Positions 10,150-22,760 of a DNA stretch of 42,297 nucleotides are shown piece by piece (within the stretch, counting starts at the first letter, position 1; every line of letters starts with the position of its first letter). Where the stretch lies: the NCBI GenBank assembly GCA_013265495.1, contig MU058366.1:276837-319133 (forward strand), read 5' to 3'. The notes beneath the pieces are model-generated. The model saw nothing but the letters and a program-made list of their open reading frames with translations. It did not search any database and was not told the DNA's origin. Source of the stretch: Vicugna vicugna (taxonomy: Eukaryota). The position numbers and the translations under genes were made by a program.

Positions 10150-13100
10150 TAAAAAGCTGAAATAGGATCATATCATACAAACCTACTGCCCTCAGTGTTT
10201 TCACCTAATAATGTGTCTGGGAGAGGTTTTCAGTCAGTGCATATTGGTTAATTTCCTTCTTTTTAACTGCTGGATGGACTATCATATAATTAATTATAAT
10301 TCAATAATGAGAACAAATCCACAATAACAAAGAAAATCTATAAACAAAAAAACCATAATTCAATTAAGTAATACTTTAATCAGTCTTTCACTACTTGGGC
10401 GCTGAAGGGGTTTCTGTTGGTTTCTTACCATGCTCCATGGTACAAGCATGGCCAGAGCGAAGCACGGAGCAGCTGCCCTGCTGTGAACCCCACTAGTGCA
10501 GGCTTCCCGCTCTCTGCTCACATCCATTGAAGGGACCTGGCGTTCCCTGGGAGTCGCAGACCAGTGCTTGAAGTGGAAGACCAGGGAGAAGCCTGAAAAG
10601 GAGGGTCGGGAGGCTGGGATCTGCCCGCACATCTGTCCTGTCCACGGGGAGCCAGCCCTCGGAAGCATTGCCTGGTGGCTGTTAGGAAGGCAGTTCCTTG
10701 CAGGAGCTGCTCCGGTGTGTCATTTGCAGTAAATGGCTGTGGAGGCAGGATTCTGGAAGTCCTGGAGGAGAGGTCGGGAAGGAGGCCGTCCCTGTGGTCC
10801 ACCCCACCGAGGGGACTGCCTTCCCCAAGGTCACAGAGCTGAACTCAAACCCAAACCCAATTACTTACATTTTCTTTGTAAAAAAATACAAGTTAGGTTT
10901 TGGCAATGTTATTCAAGTCAGATCTGCCTCCTGTGCAATAACCAGTACGTGGTGGGGCCTCAGGCCAATTTTAGAGCCAGAAGATGTACAGGTTTGGCTA
11001 GGTTTGCATCGAGCAGTCAAGCCATGCTTGAGAGGAGCATAAAATGGGTGGTGGACGTGAGACTGGTAACCTGTTAGCCCCCCCAACCCCCAACACTGAG
11101 ATTCTGTGATTCTGTGTAACGACTACGAGGGAGCAGAATCAGGGCCGTCGGGGCTGCCATTTTTAATCTGCAGAATCTGAATCGTCAAAGTAGCTTCATC
11201 AAATGAAGTGGGGAAGAAGAGTTATGGAACCTTGAGAATGCTCCCACTCAGCCGACCCAACCTTCTGTCTAACACTGTCATCTCCCCAGTCCCAGTCTGG
11301 GTGTAGCCCAGTGTCTAACCTGCAGTATGGTCTGCATCTTGGCAAGGCAGGACTCAAGTTACTTGCGGGGACCCCCGAGGATGCTTTGCCTGCATGCATA
11401 AAGCAGGCTACGCCCCAAAAGCACTCTGGGCCTATGACTGCAGGCCTTCCTTTTCTTCACTTCTATTGCCCACAGGGTCACTCAGAAAAGCCTCCTTGCT
11501 ACCTCCATCCTTTTCAGGAATACCAGTGCCTAGGCTGAAGCCTCGGAGGGCTTGCTCGCTGCTGGGCTGCAGGCAGCAGTGGGAAGGAGGCCCTCTCTCT
11601 AGCATTCTGCCACAGCCTGAAACAGGAAACAGGGCCCCAGGCAGGCCTGGTGGTGCTTAGGGTTACACACAACTCCCCTTGAATCATTCCAGTAGTTTCT
11701 GCTCTTGATCCTGAGGGGCTCCCAACAGTCCAAGGTGGGCATCAGTTGCTTTTCCAGCCCTTCCTCCATCCTCTTCCTCCCCCCTGGCCTCTTTCTCCTC
11801 ATGGCCACAGTTTCTAATATAAAAGCTCTCCCACTTTTAACGGAAACGAACAGCAGGCTTAGGGAACACCTCCTCAACATGATATTGGTCCGCACGTGTT
11901 GTCGAGGGAAAGAGAGGGACCCGGAAAACAAAGTCACTGAATCTTCTCGAGCCAAGCTGGGGAGGCCTGGCCTGGAGGCAGAGGTCAAGACTGCAGCAGG
12001 TCCTTGGCAAGGCTACTGATGCAGGGCTGGGCGTGTGCGTGCTTTTCCCAGGCAGTGCGCATGCTCGCTTTAGTCCCAGGACTGCCTAGACAGGGGGTCG
12101 GAAGGGAGAAACGGAAAGTAAGAGGTTTTAAACAGAAATTTAACACTTTGAAAGAAAGGCACCTCAAAAGAGACCTAAGTAACTGCAGCTGCCATCTGTG
12201 CAAGTTCCTAGATGCTCTAAAGCAGTGTGAGCGCAGATAGCACATCGCCCAAAGTTGCCCGGATTTCCTGCATCTCCCTCCAGTGAAGTATCATTGATTC
12301 TGATAGGATCTTGGCCAATAGAGCACTAAGTTCTGGGAAAGTCATTGGGCTGGGACCGGATGTTGCATTGTGGTTTGAATTTGTTGGCTATAAGACCAGG
12401 GCTGGACAGCTGTGTGCATACTGTTAACTATCCAGACTCTGAATTAGTGAGTGGGCACAGAAGTAACCTGATTTCCAAAGCCCTGAGTGAACCATCCAGA
12501 CCTTGAGTCCGAGCAGAGGGGAGGTTGGAGAAAGTGATTTGGGACTTCGATTTCTTTCAACTTTAGATCACAAGATTGAGAGGCTTTTATTCTAGGCTTT
12601 TCTCTAATATCTTTAAACTTCAGACTTGCAAGGGGAATTTTGAACTTCATTGTTTCCCTAGGAAATTCATCATGAGTTTCTATTTGGGATCGCTTGTATG
12701 TTGAAATTTCATTATTAGAGTATCTTATGGTTGGCACTTGATCTTCTTGCAGAACCTCTGATAAGACATGTCAGGCAGTGGTGGCTGCAAATACTAGGAG
12801 GAAATAGAATTAGGAGGAAATTTTTGGCAGGAGGTACACCATGGACTTAATAAGTAAGCCCAGTGGGGTAAGAGGTACAAAAATCTGTAAAACGTCGGGT
12901 ATCTGTGCCAAGAGGTAACTCTGGTCTGCCCTGGTTTCCTTGAGGAAGGAGCTGCCACGTGGAGATGCAGTGAAATGTGGTGTTGGTGGGCAGCACCCCT
13001 GGGTCTCCTTTCTTCATTTAGTGGTACTTTGTCAAAGGTTCCATCATAGGGAATCTAGTCTCTTTCTCCTTCCCTTCCCACCCAGTTGGGTGAGATTAAG

Positions 13101-13585
13101 CAGCACTGGACATGTGAGCCTTCTCTGCAGACCCAAAAACTTCCTTCAGTGGGTGGTTCCACACTTTGAACAGTTTGGGAATTGACCAACCAGTTTTTGC
13201 CAGTGTAAAGGCTTTGCTTCCCTGTCAGCTGGGGCTTTTGTAGTATTTCTCAATTGGTTCCGGCAAGGAAGACAGATGCTATTTATTGTCCTTTCTTTAC
13301 TCCTCCAAATTCTTAACTTAAGTGCTAATATTTAAATTTCTTAGAAATTGTGGTGCCAAGTATGCAGGAATGAAGTTCTGACTGGGGGGCCTCCGAATTC
13401 CTTTGGTTTCTTGGCTAGCACTTCTGATCCCTGGAGGGAACTCCACCCCGTCTTCTTCACCAGATTGGCTGTGGGCCACTTACCTCCCTGGGGACTGTGA
13501 GGAAGCCACACCCTCTGCCCCCGAGGCCTGGACACTAGGGCTCTTCCCCATGGAACCACGTTTTTTCCTCAACAGTCTCTTCATG

Positions 13586-13750
13586 CTTTTTTTCCTAATT
13601 GAGGTATAGTTGATGTACAATATTGCATAAGTTTTGGGTTTCAGAAGATTATATTCCATTTATAGTAATTATAAAATACTGGCTCCATTCCCTGTGGTGT
13701 ACAGTAGATCCCTGTAGCTTATTTTATACACAGTGGTTTGTACTTCTTAG
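13586..13750 (-). mobile_element. L1 3'-end fragment (older artiodactyl type)
   Basis: Poly-T, then aattgaggtatagttgatgtacaatattg...ccctgtggtgtacagtagatccctg...tatacacagtggtttgta, a typical reversed L1 3'UTR. Confidence 0.75.
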
Positions 13751-16700
13751 TCCATTTAGCTATAGATTGATGGGCTCTCTTTATCCTCCTGCCTTGTATT
13801 TCAGCAATCACAAAGAATTCTGTAGTTGGAATTATCTATGGGTAGGTAAGTACTGGAGTTCTAGGACCACCAGGCACCCCACCTGGCTGATTTCCTTCCA
13901 TCTGCCTCCTTCCTTCAGATGATAGGATTCCACAGGCTGGGGATGGGTTGGTCTCAGCCAGTCCAAATTTTGAAGTTTATGTAACCTAGGTTGTTGGGAT
14001 GTTGTTCTGGGTTTTTGATTTTGCTGTCCTGCTCTCTCTCTTTCTGTTTCTCTCCTTTTTTAGGGGGTAGGGGAGGGTTGTGGAGATTGAAAAATGATGA
14101 TATCTCCTCTGCTGTCACCTTCCCAGAATCTAGAAATTCTATTATTTCTGTGTCAGAATAATTAATAAAGATAATTTCATTTTGATACAACAAAGCACAG
14201 AAAAATTAGACGTTCTGCACAAACAGAGCTCCTTGGGGAACTGCACCTACTAAGTGAGAAGTGCCAAGAATGGGTGGAGTTGACCTTGGGACTCTGGTGG
14301 TATGTCTGGCCCCAGCTCAAGTCCACCTTGCAGTCAACTCTTGCCTCAGTTTCCATTCTAAGCAGACTAATGCTTGATTCTTGTCTGCTCAAGTGTCTGT
14401 GTTCAGTCCCCTATTAGTGTGTAAAATCTTCCATAGACCCTGGCACAGAGGAGGCATATAGCAGATGATGGTCGTCAGTCCAGCAATTCCGGTGTCTGGA
14501 CAAGAATCTCTCATTCCCGGAAGGATTCTGAAATGCAGCTTTGGATGAGGAATGCAGAAGTCCCTTGTGTTGGGCTGTGAGGTTGCAGCATAAACTTGTT
14601 ACTTGTTGTCATTCTTTGGCTCTTTGTACCACCAGGACCACATTGCAATTGCGGCTGCCCATAGAGGCTACTCAGACCCTCAGTAATGTGGTTGGCATAC
14701 ACCTCTAATTGTTTCCCTGGAGTTCTCTTGCTAAGATCCTTTTGTAGTTCCTAAGTCTCTCTCTGCTTAATAAGACCAGTGGACGTAACACCCAACTGGG
14801 CTGCAGATTGGGAAGTCGGGATTATTTTCCTGAGCCACCTTGTGGACCATGTGACTCTGGGACGTGTGTCTCTCTTCCTAGATGCACCAGGTATGGTTGT
14901 CCTTTGTGTGTCCCTAGTGAGAGGATGGGACTTTCTTATGACCTTTCCTGACTTCACTGCAGCCCAGAACTGTGGGCAATGGGGTGGCAGCTGAAGGCTA
15001 CAGGGTAACTCAGACTCAGAGGACTCCAAAGTCTTTGGCAAGCTTGTGCCTAGAGGGATGTCCTTTCCACCTGTCCCAGGTGGACTTCAGAATCTGAGGA
15101 CCAACTAGTCAGGAAATGTTGATAGTTATGGAAAAAGAGTTAAAATTTAGACTTCACCCGTGGAAAAGAATTCCTCAGCTCTGCACACCTGTTCATTCTC
15201 TGCTATGATGCCTGCTGTTCAGAAGGATAAGGCCATTACTATCGAGCATTCAGTCCCTGAAGGACCTACTAGTAATGACTCCTGATGGATACAGCTCTTC
15301 GATCCGTAAGGCTATTTTAATACAGTACTGTTGAGCTCCTCAAGTCACTAATGATTGGACCTGCTGGCTTTTGTCTGAAGGAAAACACTCACTGAGCAGA
15401 CAGCAGAGTTCTTTCCATCTCCCAGTTGAAGTAGAAATCAGTGATTTAGGTACGTGAAGACATGGTGATTCAAAGCATCATTGCAATCAGGATAAGAACT
15501 TATGATTTGACAAGAAAGGGATGATGAAAATCTCCTGGTGTGAATCCCAAAGCATATTCAATCTCAAGGAAACAGAGTTTGGGTCCAAGTCAGAGGAGGA
15601 AGGGGCTCTCTTTCTGGTTTTCTCCATTGCTGAGTGTTTGGGCTCCTTCCGTCGAGGAGCCAGGCTTGCAAAGCTGGGAGAAGCTTGGCTGCTTTGAGGC
15701 TGCTGCTCGGTCCAGCTCACAGATGCAGTTTAGCGACAATTCCAGCTTAGGTCCAGGGAGCTGGACCTAAAAAAATGCCATTTTTGGAAACAGATGGCAT
15801 CTCTGGACTTGGTGGTGAAGAGCTGGGGCCTTTTCCTTGGGGATGATGCTGCCAGTGTCTCACTGGCACAGGATACTTTACAGTGCAAAGAGGCTGCTTT
15901 CCTTTGCCCCCTGGACAGAGTCTCCAGAACAGAAGGCTCAGGCTGCTCACATGGCCCAGTGCATAATGCCAGAGTTAGCCCTGATGGTGATAAGAAGTGG
16001 CCAGCTCCCAAAGTGACCAGCCTGCCCCACGCCCCAGGGCACGGCAGTGGTGGCTCTTGAAAAGCTGTGTGCTCTTGGTGGCTGCTCTTCAAATCCAGGT
16101 ATGCACACCCCTAGGGACGAACGAAGCGTTCCCAGGAATCTGCAGGTAGGGGTGGTTTTAAGTTATGAATATTTACAGGAAGCCAGAAATAATGTTTTTG
16201 CAGCTATTGAAATGTGTGAGAAATTTCAAATGCGAGTTTAAAAATGTGTGTGTGTCATAGTTTCACAAAATTCTTTTGGAGGGAAGTGAGCAAAACAGTT
16301 TAATGTGCACTGATTGAAGTCGATAGAAACTTGGGCCCGGACTCGGTGGCCTTACATGGAACTGGCCCCGCCCTCTCATGTGCCTGCTTTGTGACTGCAG
16401 CACAGGGCACGGATATGACAAGCTGCTCCCACTCCCACCGCGAGCTCCTGCTGGGTCCCAGGACCAAGATGAGAACTGCTTCTGGGACCTCTCAGTGTTT
16501 TTAGACTCCAGCACCATGAAGGCATGAAAGCCTTCTTGTGGGAAGTGAACGTGAGGAATGTGAAGCCCTGGAGTCACACGACAGAGATGTGGCTGAACAG
16601 CCTTGGGGAACAGTCAGGGGGAGGGGCAGGCTGATTTCTCCTGGCCCGGGGTGGGGGGGTGGTGAATAGTATTCTCTCTCATTCTGATGTCGGGACCCTC

Positions 16701-16806
16701 GAATTAGAAAGCATCTAAAAATTTGTCTATGTCTGTTTCTTCACTCATTCCTGCTTTAGGACAAAAGTGGAAAGCCACTAGAAAATGAATGAGTTGTACC
16801 TGAAGC

Positions 16807-16996
16807 CAGGGGTTCTGAAACTCTAGAGGCAGCAGAAGACAGGGGCATGGCTGGTTAAAACTGATCGCTGGGCTCCACCCCCAGAATTTCTGACTCAGAA
16901 GGTCTGGGGTGGGTGGGACCGGAGAATCTGCATCTCTGCCAAGTCCCAGAGGATGCTGAGGAAGCTGGTCCATGAACCCCACTTTGAGAAGCACTG
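16807..16996. mobile_element. MER5A-like hAT/Charlie non-autonomous DNA transposon
   Basis: Ends caggggttctgaaact...actttgagaagcactg; core ctgggctccacccccagaatttctgactcagaaggtctgggg...agaatctgcat. Confidence 0.8.
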
Positions 16997-17163
16997 CTCT
17001 AAGCACAAGCATCTGTCAGTTGTAACTGGGATAAGCCAGTCAGGAGTCGAGTTAGTCCTTCCCACCTTGGTGCCTCCCTCCATCTGACTCTCCTCACCCA
17101 ACATCAAGATGGCTGGATTTTCTCGCCCAGAGATGTTGAGCAGAGATTGATGCATTCACTTTT

Positions 17164-18003
17164 TAAAAAATATTTTATTTATTACTGTATTATTTTATTA
17201 TTTTTAGCAGTGCGGGAGGTAATCAGGTTTATTCATTCATTCATTCATTCATTCATTCATTCATTTTTAACATTTCTTTTTTATAGTCATTTTACAATGC
17301 TGTGTCAAATCCCAGTGTAGAGCACAATTTTTCAGTTATCCATGAACATACATTTATTCATTGTCACATTTTTTTTCACTGTGAGCTACCACAAGATCTT
17401 GTATATATTTCCCTGTGCTACACAGTATAATCTTGTTTATCTATTCTACATATGCCTGTCAGTATCTACAAATTTCGAACTCCAGTCTGTCCCTACCCAC
17501 CCTCCTTTCCCTTGGCAACCACAAGTTTGTATTCTATGTCTATGAGTCTGTTTCTGTTTTGTATTTATGTTCTTTTTTTTTTAATTCCACATATGAGTGA
17601 TCTCACATGGTATTTTTCTTTCTCTTTCTGGGTTACTTCACTTAGAATGACATTCTCCAGGAGCATCCATGTTGCTGCAAATGGCGTTATGTTGTCGGTT
17701 TTTATGACTGAGAAGTATTACATTGTATAAACATACCACATCTTCTTTATCCAGTCATCTGTCGATGGACATTTAGGCTGTTTCCATGTCTTGGCTATTG
17801 TAAATAGTGCTTCTATGAACATTGGGGTGCAGGTGTCATCCTGAAGTAGGGTTCCTTCTGGATATATGCCCAGGAGTGGGATTCCTGGGTCATACGGTAA
17901 AGTCTGTTCCTAGTCTTTATTTTTAATGGAGGTACTGGGGATTGAACCCAGGACCTCGCGCATGCTAAGCAAGTGCTCTATCACTTGAGCTGTACCCTCC
18001 CCC
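17164..18003 (-). mobile_element. tRNA-derived SINE (camelid Vic-1 type), split by an L1 insertion
   Basis: Head 18003-17919 reads ggggagggtacagctcaagtgatagagcacttgcttagcatgcgcgaggtcctgggttcaatccccagtacctcc on the minus strand (A box; B box GGTTCAATCC). Tail part at 17164-17265 (gggaggtaatcaggttt, (TTCA)n). 15-bp TSD gatgYattcactttt at 17149-17163 and 18004-18018. Confidence 0.85.
17266..17918 (-). mobile_element. Young 5'-truncated L1 (~650 bp: 3'UTR plus ORF2 C-terminus) inserted in the SINE
   Basis: Highly similar to the 3' end of the L1 at 35819-36460 (e.g. cacttagaatgacattctccagg, ttggggtgcaggtgtcatcctgaagtagggttccttctgg). Confidence 0.92.
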
Positions 18004-19248
18004 GATGTATTCACTTTTGTTTCTTCTCTCTCCCTCCTCCTCTCTGACCAGGTGTAGTGGGAACTGGCTGACTAGTTCCTGCTTAGTCTTCATATCTCAG
18101 CTGAGATGTCACTTCTTTCCTGATCAGGCTTTGTTAGGTACCCTTCTTGGGTGCTCTTGTAAGACCTTGAACCTCCCCAATAGGCTACATGCCACATTAT
18201 ATTATAATTGTCTTTTTTTTTCTGTTACTCCCATCAGATTGTGAACCCTTTTCGAGGGCAGGGACCATGCCCAGAGGTTGCTAGTAGTGAGTCTTGGTAT
18301 GAGGTCATGAATTCTCATATCTAAAAACATGAGAGTAGAGAAGAAGGGATGGATATGAGAAATGCTTTAAAGGAATACTTTCCCCAGTGCCTGCTCTACC
18401 ATAGGTTTCTGTGATGCTTATTCAATTCAGTAGACACATTAACAGAGCTTTTTGACTGATGGGATATGGAGGGTGAGTTTGAGAAGGGATCTGATACTGG
18501 TGAGTTCCTACTATGTGCCAGACGCTGGCAGAGACAGCACAGTTGAAAACGGGATTGAGTTAGAGGGGAGCAGGGCAGATGAATGAGTTTGCCGTTGCTC
18601 AAGTGGTATTTAAGTGATGGCAAACGTCTAAATGGAAGCGCGCATCTGGAGACTTGTTGATCCTAAGCGACAGCACAGTACTCAGGAGCACAGTCAAGAG
18701 CACAGACACAGGAGGCAGACCCAGGCCTTTGGCCACAGCAGGATCTCAGATCTCATCATTCCGGTGCCACGGAGGTCCATTCAGCTGGGAAGATGAGGCC
18801 TGATCAAAGGTGGAAACCGACTGTCTCGTCATTTGGGGCAGAAGGATGACAGTGTGGTGGTACACGAAAGGGACCTTGGGACAATTCTGTTTGACTCACT
18901 CAAGCTCACCACTCAGTTGGTTTCCCCCTTTGGTCAGGTCTCATTTGGTGTGGACGGGAAGCTCATGGCAGGCTCATTGGCTAGAGGACTTGGTGAATCT
19001 TCGGCTGTCTTCCTTAAATATCATGTTCACAAAAGTCCAGGGTCCTGACCCATTTTGCTGAAGGATGGCCTTTTTATTTTCCCAGAAGAGGGTACAGGAT
19101 GCGGTGGGCTCCTGAAGTTGCTGTTGGGTTAGAGGTGGAAAGCTTTGGAGATGAGTTTGCATCAAAGGTTGTATAAACAACGTGCTCCTTTTTGACAAAA
19201 AGCTGATCCATCTGCTTTCTCTCTCACCCATAGCTAACAACAGATGAA

Positions 19249-19845
19249 ATGAATTACCAGGAAATTGGAAGCCACAGCAAAGTGACTGAATCCATTCTCG
19301 TGGGGCTGTCCAAGCACCCTACATCCCAGAGTGTTCTCTTCTGGACCCTGATGTTTCTCTATGTAGTAACTTTGGCAGGAAACAGCATGATCATTTTCCT
19401 GGTAGGAGTCAGTCCTCAGCTCCACACCCTGATGTATTTCTTCCTCAGCAACTTGTCTTTACTGGCTCTCCTGTTCTCTAGCAGTGCTGTACCGCTGATG
19501 ATGGCCAACTCTCTGCACAACTTCCCCACCAACTCCTCCAGCTCCTGTTTTGCCCAGCTCGCCATCCAAGCCTTCTTGGCACTGGCCGAGTGTTTCCTTC
19601 TCGCCATCATGGCTTATGACCGATTTGTGGCTATCTCAGAGCTACTCAGGTACAGCCTGGTTATGTCTTCTCAGGTCTGCGCTTTACTTGCTTTGTTTGC
19701 TTGGATGGCAGCCTTCCTGCTCACCATCACACCTGTTCTGCTCTTTCCCATCAGTTTCTGTGGGCATAATTAAGTCAATCACTTCTCCTGTGAAGTCCAA
19801 GCCATCTTCAAGCTGCTCTGTTTCAGCACCATTTTCCTGGAGGTA
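19249..19845 (+). pseudogene. Olfactory receptor pseudogene, OR13 family (OR13H1-like), 5' half only
   Basis: Motifs LAGN, LHTLMYFFLSNLS, AECFLLAIMAYDRFVAIS, FCGHN*VNHFSCEV..IFKLLC. In-frame TAA at 19771-19773; conserved residues lost (HTP>HTL, PLRY>LLRY, no N-terminal sequon); TM5-TM7 absent. Candidate acceptor ctttctctctcacccatag ends at 19233. Confidence 0.92.
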
Positions 19846-20029
19846 CCATGTGGGGACACAGGAGGAGGCAGCCATCTGCAAGCCAGGATGCAGCCTTTTA
19901 CCAGAAACCATACCAGCTGGTGCCTTGATTGTGGACTTGCCCGCCTCTGGACTGGGAGAAAGAGATGTCTATTGTTTCAGCCACGCAGTCTATGCTGTTT
20001 TGTTAAAGCAGCCCGAAGAGATTCGGGCA
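19846..20029 (+). mobile_element. 3' half of a MaLR LTR (MLT1A-like)
   Basis: ccatgtggggacacagg...gccatctgcaagccagga...gctggtgccttgattgtggactt...tgttaaagcagcccg...ca. Confidence 0.8.
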
Positions 20030-20059
20030 GCTAGTAAAAGAACAGACAGAAATCGTACA

Positions 20060-22760
20060 TTGTCATGCCACCCAGATGCATCTGTGTCACAGAAATACGG
20101 ATATGCGTATATAACACATTTGTGCAAGAATGCTTGTTAAAGTGCTGTTTGTACATGTGAGAAATTTGAATAAAAGCCCTAAGTGTCCATCAATAAAGCA
20201 ATCTTTAAATAAATTACAGTACATCCATACTATGGAACTTTATATAGCTAAGGATGGCCCTACTCTATAGGGCTCTGGTTCTTCTGTGACCATAACATTA
20301 CCTGGCTACTGGGATATATTCTTTTTGTGATGAGGTCAGAAGTGCAAGAAGGGTGGCCATAATGCTTCCTAAGGCCCAGGATCAAATTAGCACATTGTTA
20401 TTTCTACCCAGAAGAAACCATTAGTAGTAACACAACATATTTGACTATGGTAGAGAAACAACTAAAGGTAAATAGGCAAGAAAAAAATAACCATAATTTC
20501 TGTAAAGACCGACTGTTGCTGCCGAGGAAAAACATCCATTTTGGAGAGTTTAAGAAGAAAGAAATTTATTACATTGGTATTAAATAAACTTATATGATTC
20601 TTGGGAGAGCTGAATAAATGAACTGCATGCTGGTCTTCCAGAGAGAAATTCACAAAGTGGGACGCTGTCTGCCGCCAGCTGGTCTGGTGCAGTCTTCACC
20701 AGCAAAAAGGCTCACGGCCTGCTTCTCTCCGGGTTGGCTCGGCCTCAAACTAAGGTCTTCTTTAAGTGAGTGCATCTAATTAGAAGAATCTAAATCACAT
20801 CGGGAAACCTACCTGCAAAGGAGTCTGGGGAGGCACACTGGAAGGGGCTTGGGGTGGTCAACACATTTCTGTTGTCGGAAGACACAGAGATCACGTTAGT
20901 ATTTATCTCCCCACAGGTTTTGTCTACACATCTATACATATAGGTAAACTTTCATGCTGTCATCTTTCTCCCCTCTTCCTATTGTGTGCTACTCAGTCTT
21001 TCTCCCTGCCCCCTGGCCACGCCAAGCTAGCTGTCACTGCAATTGCTTTTCTTCTGTTTGGAACCTCTGGCCCCAGACCTTCATTTCGTTTCCTTCCTTC
21101 CTTCTGTCTTAAATTTTGTGTGTAAAATATTTCAAACATACAGAAAAGTTTTACAGAACAGTGTAACAAATACTCACATATCCACCACACAAATTTAATC
21201 ATCCTAACATTTAACAATATTTTGCTTTAGAATTTTCTGACAGCACGACTACTTTAAAATGAATAGCCACCATACCAAAAAAAAAAAAAGATAACACAAA
21301 CAAATGAAAGGGTAAGCTGCAAACTGGAAGAAGATATTTGCTATGCATCAAACTGACCAAACATTAGTACCTATATTCTAGAAAAATTAAGATTTTCTAT
21401 CATCCTATCAGGGAGAACATGATGTCAACAGGCCTTACCACTGGGCAAGTTAACTTGGACCACTTGAGTTACGTGGTGTCTGGCAGGGTTCCCCAACTGT
21501 AAAGGTACTATTTTTTCTTCAACAAATCCTTCATCTCCTGGAGGGAGGAATATCAAAGAATTTGTGGACATGTGTTAAGACTTCTACAGGGGGGACGCTA
21601 GACGCTATGCATCTCTCCCACTTCTTGGAGTTTCACTCACTCATTTTAACAGCCCCTGGTGGGTTTTGCCAGCAGCTATTATTACGCTGGTGTTCTATTG
21701 GTGATTTTTTTTTGTAAAGATACAATAATTTGTTTTATGACATGTCACATAAGTTATACAGTTCTCTCTCTGAGAGTTGCTCCCCCTGTAAGTTCGATAT
21801 GTAGTACTTTCATTGCCCTTCAGTTTTAAATATTTCAGAATGTCTACCATTATTGGCTCTTTTACCAAGTAGTTATTCAGGAGTGCATTTTAATATTTCA
21901 AACATATGTGCGTTTGACTTTAAAATATCATTTTAGGGTTGTTTCAAATTTCATTGTATAATGGTCAGAGAACCTAGCCTGTATGATGTCGATTCTTTGA
22001 AATTTGTTGAATCTTCTTTTGTGATCTAGTATGTGGCCGATTTTTATAATTGTCACCTTTCCTCTTGGAGAAAACCCTATATTCTCTATGTGAATGCAGG
22101 GTTTTTAACATGACTTTCAGATTGTTTAAATCTACATCCTTACCAATATTTTGTGCTTGATCTGTCTCTTTCTGGTAGAGGTGGGTTAGTGCACTATGAT
22201 TTGCATTCTTTTTTGGGGAGCAGAAGTATTTACTTACATTTTATTACATACACAAATACACAGCTACACAGCTGTGGTCATATTAAACATCCTGGGAGTG
22301 TAGTGCAGGTTTTTAGTTTCTCTTTTTGTGTTGGTTCCTCCCTGCCCCACCACTCTGCCCACCTCCACTCTGCCTCCACATCACCCCTCCCACCCGACCC
22401 ATAGATGACCGATGTCAATAACTCAATTAGTGACCTTTAATACAACCAAATACAGACATTGGTCTATGTACACTTATATAAATATACAGGTATTTTTTTG
22501 TCATTTGTGTCTCACAAAATTGGGCTCACATTATACACATTTTGGGCATGTTTTTTCCTCATTGAGTAACTAATATACATCTCTCCAAATTGACTGTCTT
22601 AGCTCTGGTTCATTCTTTTTAATGTCTGCGTAATATTCGCAGGTGTTAATTGAACTGGTTCCCTCTGTCAGCAATTCACCTCATTTCCAGTTTGTTTGTT
22701 TTGCCACCATCAGAAAAGTGGCAATGAATATCCTTTTCAAGTATATCTTTCCACCTGATA
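20060..22760. mobile_element. Patchwork of ancient L1 (L1M/L1ME-type) and MLT-like fragments
   Basis: Degraded L1 motifs such as cctaagtgtccatcaataa...tacatccatactatggaa, aactggaagaagatatttgc, ttctttgaaatttgttga; boundaries approximate. Confidence 0.55.

Noticed and set aside
9817..10165. His/Thr-rich and Cys/Val-rich ORFs
   Set aside because: Translations of CA-rich low-complexity DNA.
17930..18003. tRNA gene
   Set aside because: The tRNA-like head continues into a SINE body and tail flanked by a TSD.
19550..20140. 196-aa ORF crossing the OR/LTR junction
   Set aside because: Out-of-frame read-through of the OR pseudogene into MLT1 sequence, with no protein-like features.
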